Assembly: GCA_944342015.1 (NCBI GenBank)
Contig: CALVMC010000003.1
Span: forward strand, 5,842 to 69,841
Direction: 5' to 3'
Source of the DNA: an uncultured Clostridia bacterium
Lineage (GTDB): Bacteria; Bacillota; Clostridia; Christensenellales; CALVMC01
Length of the DNA stretch: 64,000 nt
Positions 56,174 to 64,000 of this stretch are shown here, piece after piece; position 1 is the stretch's first letter; every line of letters starts with the position of its first letter. Below the pieces are notes generated by a model. The model was not told the DNA's origin. It made no database searches and saw only the letters and a list, made by a program, of their open reading frames with translations. Both the position numbers and the translations under genes were made by a program.

Positions 56174-56860
56174 TCATTCGTTTGTCGGGTTTTGGAAATT
56201 GCAGTTTTTATCAAGATTATCCGATGAGCCGAAATTTTGAGTAGACGCAGAGCCTTTTTTATTATTTTCCTTTTTTGAAAAATCACACTCAAAAGTACTT
56301 TTATTTGTTTTCCTACCGTTTTTTTGAAGAACTTTTTTTATTTTTAAAGCCGCAAGGCAGGCAAGACAGGCAAAAGTCAAATCGGACGGAATAAATACAA
56401 GCACGCAATAAACTATTATATACCATATTCCCTTATCGAAATTCAGATAGAATTTCGATAGGAGATAAAAATAAACCGAACCGAAAACATAAATAACCAC
56501 AAGAGCTGCGCAGCAGGCGGCTATCGAATTAAACATATTGTCTTTTTTGTTTTTTAGAATAAGACCTGCCGTAAGAGTTCCTAAAAGAAATCCGATTATA
56601 TATCCGAAACTCGGTTGAAGAACATAGGAAAAACCGCCGCCGTTAGCAAATATCGGCACGCCTATAAGACCTAAAACAATGTAAATACCTACCGCCGCAG
56701 TACTCTTTTTAACATCGAGAAGAACTGCGATAAAACAAATAAAAAATGTCTGCAAAGTAAACGGTACGGCAAAAACGCTTATTTTAATAAATCCCCCTAC
56801 CGCCATCATAGCGGCGGCAAGAGCAATATGACACATGGTTGCCGTTTTGGAATTATTCAT
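56174..56860 (-). CDS. bioY: Biotin transporter BioY with a ~45-aa hydrophilic C-terminal extension
   Basis: AVPFTLQTFF...GLIGVPIFANGGGFSYVLQPSFGYIIGF are BioY motifs. The start is uncertain (ATG 56860 or TTG 56878). Confidence 0.85.
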   Translation of the reverse strand: MNNSKTATMCHIALAAAMMAVGGFIKISVFAVPFTLQTFFICFIAVLLDVKKSTAAVGIYIVLGLIGVPIFANGGGFSYVLQPSFGYIIGFLLGTLTAGLILKNKKDNMFNSIAACCAALVVIYVFGSVYFYLLSKFYLNFDKGIWYIIVYCVLVFIPSDLTFACLACLAALKIKKVLQKNGRKTNKSTFECDFSKKENNKKGSASTQNFGSSDNLDKNCNFQNPTNE

Positions 56861-56890
56861 AACAAAAAGATTATACAATTAAAAAATTAT

Positions 56891-56924
56891 ACTGTCAACC
56901 TAAAAAAATAAAGCGGTTGACAGT
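56891..56924. promoter_or_regulatory. BirA-type bio operator
   Basis: ACTGTCAACC-N14-GGTTGACAGT has perfect 10-bp arms. It matches the recalled Firmicute BirA box TGT(T/C)AACC-N14-GGTT(A/G)ACA. It overlaps TATAAT elements upstream of bioY. Confidence 0.6.
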
Positions 56925-57003
56925 AGTTTTTGTTTTAATTAAAATATAAAATCTGATAAATGAATTAAATGTTTAAAAATTAAATTATTAATTTCCAAAA
57001 ATT

Positions 57004-58161
57004 TTAAAGTCCGGTTTTTTCGTTATAGATATAAATAAATATTTTCTGAATATCGTTATATTCAAAACTTATAACTTCATTGGTATTATTATCTATTATT
57101 ACCTCGTCTTCGATATAATAGTTATTAACTCCTTCTTCCACTCCCGAAAGTTTAAGATATAAATCGTTGAAGAATTCTTGAATTTTTGCGAGCGAAGAGT
57201 GTTTATTCCAATATTCGTAGTAAAGGCTCCACTGAACGAAATATTCTTCCGAAAGACTGTCGTGAAGTTGGTTATACACCTCCTCCCCGCATACGAAACC
57301 GACTGCGGAAAGTAAACTTGAAAGGCAACTCATATAACCCGAAAGTCGCAAAAAATCGTTATCGGAATTAAGGCATATCTGATAGGCAAAAAGGTTTGCG
57401 TCTCTTTCCTGCATTGCCCCCTTTGCGTGGGCAAGTTCGTGGGCTATCGTTACGGGAATATAAAAAGCGGGCATATCGAAATTTATGTTTGCCTCCCCTG
57501 TCGGCGCAAAGAATATACCGCAAATCGAAAGTTCGCTCATCATCACCGAAGAAACGACTTCCTTTACGGGCGGCGTATAAGTAAAAAGATAGGAGGAATT
57601 AAGCTTTCGGTATTCTTCTTGGAAAATTGCGTTAAGTTCGTTTACGGTATAGGGATTGACGAACATTCCGCTATCGTCTTTTTCGAAATTTTCTGCAAGA
57701 ATATTGAAATCTTCGATAAAATAAGAGGCTAACTCATAAAGTTTTTGCGAATCCGGTTCTTCTTCCGCTGCGTAAATCAGATCGGGACTTTTTCTCATAT
57801 AGGTGAAAGAAGCCGTAAGAGTGTAAATATTAAGAATTGTAAAAACTATTATCAAAAAAACAATTAAGCTTTTAAGTGCGGCTCGTCCCCTTTTTTTAAC
57901 TCCGCAATAAATCCAGAAAGCGATAAAACAAATTATGACAAAAATACATAAATAAATAAAAAATTCAAATAGGGAAAATGAAACTTTTGAGCTGAGTCCG
58001 CCGAATACTCCGATCCACCACCTTGAAAAACCTGTCGAAATGGTTTCGGAAGCTTCGGGGAAAGTCTTTACTATAAGTAAAGAAATAAAAAGCAAAACGG
58101 TAATTCCGAAAAAAATCAAAGCGGGTAAAAGCCTTGTTTTTTCGCCGGTATTTTTTTTCAT
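57004..58161 (-). CDS. DUF3810-like membrane zinc-metallopeptidase-motif protein
   Basis: There are N-terminal TM helices and an HELAHAKG (HExxH) motif. Confidence 0.55.
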   Translation of the reverse strand: MKKNTGEKTRLLPALIFFGITVLLFISLLIVKTFPEASETISTGFSRWWIGVFGGLSSKVSFSLFEFFIYLCIFVIICFIAFWIYCGVKKRGRAALKSLIVFLIIVFTILNIYTLTASFTYMRKSPDLIYAAEEEPDSQKLYELASYFIEDFNILAENFEKDDSGMFVNPYTVNELNAIFQEEYRKLNSSYLFTYTPPVKEVVSSVMMSELSICGIFFAPTGEANINFDMPAFYIPVTIAHELAHAKGAMQERDANLFAYQICLNSDNDFLRLSGYMSCLSSLLSAVGFVCGEEVYNQLHDSLSEEYFVQWSLYYEYWNKHSSLAKIQEFFNDLYLKLSGVEEGVNNYYIEDEVIIDNNTNEVISFEYNDIQKIFIYIYNEKTGL

Positions 58162-58214
58162 TTTGTCTCCCTGCGGATAAATAAAAGTTTTTATTTATTC
58201 TCTCAATAAATAAA

Positions 58215-58658
58215 TCAGGAAAATTTATCTTTAAGATACTGTTCGACAAGCGGGTTAACCTTGCTTTTATCGAATCTTCCGCTTATTTCAGGCATAAGAG
58301 ATTTTATTATCATTCCTTTGGTTTTAGGCGAAGGATCGTTGTAAACATCGAGTTTTTTTATCATTTCCATAACTTCGCTTTCAGAAAGAGCCTGAGGCAT
58401 AAATTTTTTGAGAACTTCGGTTTTTTTAATAGCATCGCCCGCTTTGGTTTTATCGGCGGAATAAATTTCGGCAATTTCACTTTGAACTTTTATTTCTTTT
58501 TCTATACATGAAATCACATCGGAATCGCCGACTTCGCCGCTTCCGGATTTTTCTTTCAATAGAATTGCCGCAAGCACTCCTTCGATTGCGCTTTTTGTAA
58601 TGTTGTCGCCGTTTTTACGGGCTTCGTTGAATTCTTTTCTTAAATCTTCTTTTAACAT
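58215..58658 (-). CDS. yqeY: GatB/YqeY-domain protein
   Basis: 147 aa. LKEDLRKEFNEARKNGD...LSESEV fits the YqeY pattern. Confidence 0.85.
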   Translation of the reverse strand: MLKEDLRKEFNEARKNGDNITKSAIEGVLAAILLKEKSGSGEVGDSDVISCIEKEIKVQSEIAEIYSADKTKAGDAIKKTEVLKKFMPQALSESEVMEMIKKLDVYNDPSPKTKGMIIKSLMPEISGRFDKSKVNPLVEQYLKDKFS

Positions 58659-58917
58659 AATTTTCTCCGTAAATTTATTATATACAGTCTATTATCAAAT
58701 ATTAAGTTTGTCAAGGACAAAATATTTTAAACGTAAAATTGAATTGTCGTTCTGGAAGTCTTTAAGTTTTAAAGAAAACCGATTCAATGTTTATGAACAG
58801 TTGAACTTTTAAATTGTTTACCTTGCGATAAAATTCTGTTAAAATATTTTAAGTATATGAAATTTCGTACAAGTTTTGGTTTTAGAATAAATTTTTATAA
58901 TGAACCGAGGATTACAT

Positions 58918-59940
58918 ATGAAAAAATGGTTAGATGAACTGAACGAACTTAAAAAGGAACTTGAAAATGAAAGAAATGCGGTATCGGAAATTTCCGCAAA
59001 AAGCATTTTATCGGATAGTACTGAAAATACGGAAAACGAAGCAAAGGAAAAAATGTATACAAAATATCCCGATGAGAAAGATAAAAACATTTCCGAAAAT
59101 TTTTCCGACTATAAATCAGACTATTCTGCAAATATCGATACAGACTACGACGGACAAACCGAAAAACAATTTACATTTGCAAATACCGATACAAATACCG
59201 ATCTATCGTCGGCTGCTGCAAAAAGCCTGCAATCTTCAAATAAAAAAGAAGTGACAAGTATTCACAGCGGACACAGAAACCGAATGAGAAATAAGATTCT
59301 TAATGACGAGCTGGGCAACTTTCCTCCCCACGAAATACTCGAAACACTTCTTTTCTACTGTATTCCGAGAAGAAATACCAATCCCCTTGCGCATAAACTT
59401 CTTGACCATTTTTCATGTCTTAAAAATATACTTAACGCCGAATATACGGAACTTAAAAGGTGCGGAATAATTTCCGAACAGACTGCCTTTTATCTTTACT
59501 TTATCGGAAAACTGATAAAATATTACAATATGACTTTTGAAAATAAAAAAATAGTATTTAAAAATCTGAACGACTATAAAAGTTATTTGAAAAATTATTT
59601 TGTGAATCTTGACAAAGAAATTGCAGTATTGCTTTTTCTGGACTCTTCGAATAAATTAATTAGCACTAAAAAAATAGAGGGAAGCAGAAGCGAAATAATT
59701 TTAACTCCCAAAAAAATAGTGGAACTTGCCATTCATGCCGATTGTAAAAAGCTTATTATCGCTCACAATCATCCGGGTAATAACTGTAAGCCTTCGATAG
59801 CGGACAGAAATCTTACCCTTGCCGCACATAACGCTTTAAGTACGATAGATATAGATCTTATAGACCATTTGATATACGCAAAGGACGAATGTTACAGTTT
59901 CAGACTTCAAAAAGATATGGACTATATAAATAAAAACTGA
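58918..59940 (+). CDS. radC: RadC-like JAB/MPN-domain protein with a long N-terminal extension
   Basis: The C-terminal JAMM motif is IIAHNHPGNNCKPSIADRNLT. The ATG at 58918 has a GAGGA RBS. Confidence 0.8.
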   Translation: MKKWLDELNELKKELENERNAVSEISAKSILSDSTENTENEAKEKMYTKYPDEKDKNISENFSDYKSDYSANIDTDYDGQTEKQFTFANTDTNTDLSSAAAKSLQSSNKKEVTSIHSGHRNRMRNKILNDELGNFPPHEILETLLFYCIPRRNTNPLAHKLLDHFSCLKNILNAEYTELKRCGIISEQTAFYLYFIGKLIKYYNMTFENKKIVFKNLNDYKSYLKNYFVNLDKEIAVLLFLDSSNKLISTKKIEGSRSEIILTPKKIVELAIHADCKKLIIAHNHPGNNCKPSIADRNLTLAAHNALSTIDIDLIDHLIYAKDECYSFRLQKDMDYINKN

Positions 59941-59961
59941 AAATTGCTTCTAATAACCGAT

Positions 59962-60678
59962 TTAAACGGAAAGATACTTTGCCTTATAAACTCTGTTATA
60001 AACTCTGACGCCGTCTTCGAAATTCAAGGAAAGAAGATATTTCAAATCGTAATCGCTTAAAAGTTCCGCCGTTTTAACGATAAGCCTGTAACTTTCGGGC
60101 GTTATTTTATATTCGTTTGAACGGGTTATTTCGTGTTCGGTAAAACAGTCTGTATTTACAAATGCAGATATCTTTCTTTCGTCAAGATAATGCTGAATAT
60201 AGGAAATATATCTTTCCAAATCCTGTATAGTGTACTCGGTATTCTTATTGGTAACCCTGATAAAAAGAAGGTTATCATAGCTGTCTTCGGTAAATCTTCT
60301 GCTTTCAACCTCGTAGGAAAGAATTTTTTGCAAAGCGCTTTCCGTTGATATATTGGTAAGGTCAGTATCTTTGAAAGCCTGTTTGCTTTCCTGATTTAAA
60401 AAGTTTACGGCAGTTACCGTATCTCTGCTGTCTACCGTAAGTTCGATTTTATAAGAAGTTTCTATATAAATATAACCTCTGAAAGAAAAGGCAACGGAAA
60501 TCATAGCTATCCCGAACGCCATAAAGACAAGAATTACGGCGACCATAATAACGGCGCTGATTTGTTTAGGTGTCGCTTTATCGAAATTTCTGAAAAAGCT
60601 CACGGGATTCAACAAACTTATTTTATCGCCGTCGGATATATTCTTATTTTCTTTTTTATTTACCTTTTCCTTTTTCAT
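59962..60678 (-). CDS. Single-pass membrane protein of unknown function
   Basis: The ATG lies 1 nt after the glf stop, with one TM helix (VIMVAVILVFMAFGIAMISVAF). Confidence 0.5.
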   Translation of the reverse strand: MKKEKVNKKENKNISDGDKISLLNPVSFFRNFDKATPKQISAVIMVAVILVFMAFGIAMISVAFSFRGYIYIETSYKIELTVDSRDTVTAVNFLNQESKQAFKDTDLTNISTESALQKILSYEVESRRFTEDSYDNLLFIRVTNKNTEYTIQDLERYISYIQHYLDERKISAFVNTDCFTEHEITRSNEYKITPESYRLIVKTAELLSDYDLKYLLSLNFEDGVRVYNRVYKAKYLSV

Positions 60679-60679
60679 T

Positions 60680-61828
60680 TTAACCACTGATTTTATCTGC
60701 AAGTTCCAAAGCTTTAAGAACGCAGTTATCCATATTATAATACTTGTACTCTGCAAGGCGGCCAAGAAGACTTACATTTTTTATTCCTTCTATTTCGGCT
60801 TTATACTTTGAATACATAAGATTGTTTTTTTCGTTATTTATAACATAATAAGGAATATTCCCCTTTTCGGCTTTTATATCATAAGTCATAGGATATTCTC
60901 TTGCGACCGTTGTGGTATCGGCAATCTGATTGGTAAGTTTCTTGAATTCGGTGATTCTCGTAAATTTTTCGTCGTTAGGATAATTTACGACAGCCGCAGC
61001 CTGAAAATCCGGTTGATTATAATTTGTGAACTCAAATTCCAAAGACCTGTAAGGAAGAACGCCGTGTACATAGTTTAACATCTCGTCTATTGCGGCGGTT
61101 ATAATTACCTTCCCGGAGTACGGGAAACTGCCTTTATAAACCTTGCCGTTTCTGAAAGAGAAAAGTTTTTTAGCGTCAAAGTTAAGTTTTACTTTAATGT
61201 TTTTATGATTAAGCATATTGTTAATCATATCGGTAAATCCGAGCAGAGGCATTACCTGAAATTTATCCTGAAAATATCTGTCGTCATAGCCGAGTATTAC
61301 CGGGACTCTGTTAATAACGCTTTTATCGACCTGTTCTATGGGAACTCCCCATTGTTTTGCGGTATAATTGACGAAAACTTTATCGAAAACAAACTGACCG
61401 AAATCTTTTATTTTATCGTCGTCGGCGTTAAGCAGGTCGAGAACGGAAACCTTTTCTTTTCCTTCGAAAACTCTCGTAAGTTTTTCTTTGAGATAATCGC
61501 TTTCCTTTTTATCGAAAAGCGCTTCGAGCGAAGTGAAATTAAAAGGTATGGGAACGAATTTTTTATCTATAAGTCCGAGTACTTTATGTTCGTAAGGATA
61601 CCATTCCGTAAAACGGGACAGAAAATCGTAAACTCGCTGTTCGTTGGTATGAAATATGTGCGAACCGTATTTATGAATTCTTATACCGTGTTCGTCGAAA
61701 CATTCATATGCGTTTCCGCCGATATGATTTCTCTTTTCGAAAACGGTTACCTTGTATCCTTTTTCCGCAAGGGCCCTTGCCACAGTGCACCCTGAAATTC
61801 CCGCTCCTATAACTACTGCTTTTTTCAT
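60680..61828 (-). CDS. glf: UDP-galactopyranose mutase
   Basis: The FAD fold is VVIGAGISGCTVA and GGNAY is present. The length and C-terminus are typical of Glf. Confidence 0.93.
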   Translation of the reverse strand: MKKAVVIGAGISGCTVARALAEKGYKVTVFEKRNHIGGNAYECFDEHGIRIHKYGSHIFHTNEQRVYDFLSRFTEWYPYEHKVLGLIDKKFVPIPFNFTSLEALFDKKESDYLKEKLTRVFEGKEKVSVLDLLNADDDKIKDFGQFVFDKVFVNYTAKQWGVPIEQVDKSVINRVPVILGYDDRYFQDKFQVMPLLGFTDMINNMLNHKNIKVKLNFDAKKLFSFRNGKVYKGSFPYSGKVIITAAIDEMLNYVHGVLPYRSLEFEFTNYNQPDFQAAAVVNYPNDEKFTRITEFKKLTNQIADTTTVAREYPMTYDIKAEKGNIPYYVINNEKNNLMYSKYKAEIEGIKNVSLLGRLAEYKYYNMDNCVLKALELADKISG

Positions 61829-61974
61829 ATAACTTCCTTTAAAGTCTTAAATTAAATTTTAAAGACTTAAAATTAATATTTCAGTTTTATTATATAATAT
61901 TATATCATTTCGGGCAATACATTTGACATAAAACTATATTAATAATATTATAAAAAAAACGGCGGAGAAAAATT

Positions 61975-63159
61975 ATGGATAAAAAACTTAAAATATTAGA
62001 AACCCTTGACTCATACTTTCCGGATTTTAACGGACCTACGGTGCTTGTAACCAACTATGTTAAAATTCTTAACAATAAAAACGACTGTTCCTTGCTGGTT
62101 CCTAAATACCCTAATCACGAAGACAATCAGCCTTTTACGATTCAGCATGTTAAGTCTATGGGTATATTCGAAGGGTTCAGATGTTCCTTTCCTTTTTATG
62201 ACAAAAAAGCAAAAGAATTCGTAAAGAAGGGTAAGTTCGATATAATACATTCTCATTCCCCCTTCCCTATTGGAAACTTTGCCGCAAAAATGGGTAAAAA
62301 ACTCAATATTCCGACGGTTATTACCTTGCATACGAAATTTAAAGACGATATATACAGACTCACGAAATCTCATATAGTGACCTGGTTTGTAATGAAATAT
62401 ATGCTCAGAACCTTTAACAGAACCGATTATGTATGGACGGTAAGCGACGGAGCCGCACAAACTTTAAGAGAATACGGATACAAAGGCAAAATAGACGTTA
62501 TAAGAAACGGAACGGATATGAAATACCCCTCAAACCCTGCCCAGCTCATAGAAACGGTTAACAAAGAATACAATCTTGAAAAAACAAAAAATCTATTTTT
62601 GTTCGTAGGAAGAATAGTGGAAACAAAAAATCTCGATATGCTTTTCAGAGCTCTTAAAATACTGAAAGAGGAAAATATCGAATTTACCTTTCTGCTTGTA
62701 GGCGACGGCTCGCACCTGAACCATCTTAAAAAACTTGCCGAAACCCTTGACATTAAGGACAGAATAATATTTACCGGAAAGATTATGGACAGAGAAAAAC
62801 TTTCGGGATTTTATTTAAGAAGCGATTTATTCCTTTTCCCTTCCGTATACGATACCGCTTCCCTTGTTCCCCTAGAAGCCGCTTCGATGAAACTTCCTAC
62901 CCTTCTTGTAAAAGACTGTCAGACCAGCGAAACGGTTACTGACGGCGTAAACGGATTTACCGCTTTAAACGACGAAAAAGATTGGGCAAAAAGAATAAAG
63001 GAAATAATCTCGGCGCCTGAAAGACTTGCCGAAATCAAAGAGGAATGTCATAAGTCGGTATATCGAAGCTGGGAAGATGTTCTTAACGAAGTCAACGAAA
63101 AGTATCTTGAAATAATAGAAGATTATAAAAAGAAACACGGTAAAAAAGAGGAAGAATAA
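61975..63159 (+). CDS. Family 4 (GT-B, group 1) glycosyltransferase
   Basis: The C-terminal region has the EX7E-type motif (PSVYDTASLVPLEAASMKLP). Confidence 0.85.
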   Translation: MDKKLKILETLDSYFPDFNGPTVLVTNYVKILNNKNDCSLLVPKYPNHEDNQPFTIQHVKSMGIFEGFRCSFPFYDKKAKEFVKKGKFDIIHSHSPFPIGNFAAKMGKKLNIPTVITLHTKFKDDIYRLTKSHIVTWFVMKYMLRTFNRTDYVWTVSDGAAQTLREYGYKGKIDVIRNGTDMKYPSNPAQLIETVNKEYNLEKTKNLFLFVGRIVETKNLDMLFRALKILKEENIEFTFLLVGDGSHLNHLKKLAETLDIKDRIIFTGKIMDREKLSGFYLRSDLFLFPSVYDTASLVPLEAASMKLPTLLVKDCQTSETVTDGVNGFTALNDEKDWAKRIKEIISAPERLAEIKEECHKSVYRSWEDVLNEVNEKYLEIIEDYKKKHGKKEEE

Positions 63160-63209
63160 CTCCCTCTTTTTTTATCTTGAAAATCGGTTTGTTAAATAAA
63201 TTGCCGTAA

Positions 63210-64000
63210 TTATTTGTTTTTCAGTTTTTCGGCTTTTACGATACAATTTCTTATATAATTTTTAAATCTTAAAATATCCACTTCGGTGCAGATTTCGATA
63301 TTAGGATTAGTCGCTTCATAATCGCAGACCGTGCAACCTATATGAACCAAATCGCTCATATCGATAATCATTTTCGCCTTTTTGGTTTTAAAAAGAGAAC
63401 TGTCCGCAACAAACGCCACGGCGCAGCTGTCGTGAGTTGCGACGCCCTGACTGACATGCTGGTCATGGTATTCGGCGCTCATTTCGAATACGGCAAGTCC
63501 CGTTGCGTTAAGCCCTTTTATCTCTTCCATTTCACCGTAATCGAAGAAAGCGGTATGCCCCATTTCCATAGGAACATATATTTTTTCGGTATCGGAATTA
63601 AGAACGGTCATCGCAGCTTCCACATCGAAACGGATATTAAACTCTGCATAATCCGTAACATTCCCTCTTCCGAGATTGGAGCCGCCCATAATAACTATTT
63701 TTTCGATATAACGGGAAGCGTCTTTATATTGAGTAAGAAGAGAAGCGATATTGGTCTGAGGTCCTAATGAAATCAATGTTATCTTTTCATCGGAATTTTT
63801 AAGAACATCGTACATAGCTTGCACTGCGTTTTTTTCTATAATTTTTTTATTGATTTTACCGTACTTATAAAGTCCTAATCCTAATTCTCCGTGGACATTG
63901 CTTGCGTCGCCTATTTTATATTTCGAAGTACTGAAAAAACCTTTTGCGACCGGCACAAAAGGGTCATAAAGTTCCGACAAATGCAACAGGTTTTTTGTCG
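63210..64000 (-). CDS. Inosine-uridine-preferring nucleoside hydrolase family protein (N-terminus outside the window)
   Basis: ITLISLGPQTNIASLL and THDSCAVAF are IU-NH motifs. The N-terminal DxDxxxDD motif would lie beyond 64000. Confidence 0.8.
   Translation of the reverse strand, partial: TKNLLHLSELYDPFVPVAKGFFSTSKYKIGDASNVHGELGLGLYKYGKINKKIIEKNAVQAMYDVLKNSDEKITLISLGPQTNIASLLTQYKDASRYIEKIVIMGGSNLGRGNVTDYAEFNIRFDVEAAMTVLNSDTEKIYVPMEMGHTAFFDYGEMEEIKGLNATGLAVFEMSAEYHDQHVSQGVATHDSCAVAFVADSSLFKTKKAKMIIDMSDLVHIGCTVCDYEATNPNIEICTEVDILRFKNYIRNCIVKAEKLKNK

Overview
The window appears to come from a low-GC anaerobe-type chromosome. The taxon cannot be assigned from sequence alone. It has three parts.

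(1) Left end: a type II-C CRISPR-Cas9 locus.
- The CRISPR array spans 1-326 with 36-bp repeats and 30-bp spacers, and it probably continues left of the window.
- cas9, cas1 and cas2 lie on the minus strand at 5034-457.
- A predicted tracrRNA with its own promoter lies at ~5225-5357.
- Each repeat ends in an extended -10 box (TGGTATAAT).

(2) ~5379-25700: a strikingly AT-rich accessory island of about 20 kb directly abutting the tracrRNA promoter. It looks like a captured small conjugative plasmid.
- Regulation and toxin-type genes: SLOG/DUF1273, XRE, and a VapD (Cas2-fold) module.
- Transfer genes: a lipoprotein, a VirB6-like polytopic protein, a VirB4-type ATPase, a VirD4-type coupling protein and a relaxase.
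- A 1612-aa multi-repeat surface protein.
- Maintenance genes: a rep-like wHTH protein containing tandem and tetranucleotide repeats, and ParA plus a small RHH protein behind an array of 10-bp repeats.
- A long noncoding region with a GC-rich hairpin and nested palindromes, a candidate oriT/oriV.
- A class II Fic protein.
- No recombinase or transposase is visible.
- A 17.8-kb unit is bracketed by ~455-bp direct repeats of ~96% identity. A scarred second partial copy follows it.

(3) 25926-64000: ordinary housekeeping genes.
- An OYE-type enoate reductase.
- copA and csoR with a CsoR operator.
- pstS-pstCA-pstB-phoU-phoB-phoR.
- thiN.
- A sensory [FeFe]-hydrogenase (HydS-PAS)/PP2C cluster next to rex-adhE.
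- nfeD and an SPFH gene.
- trk genes.
- Cell-envelope glycan genes: an O-antigen ligase-like gene, glf and a GT4 gene.
- bioY with a BirA operator.
- yccF, yqeY, radC and a nucleoside hydrolase.

The most interesting items are the integrase-less plasmid-like island and its relationship to the Cas9 locus. All calls rest on reading the sequence and recalled family motifs. No searches or computations were run.
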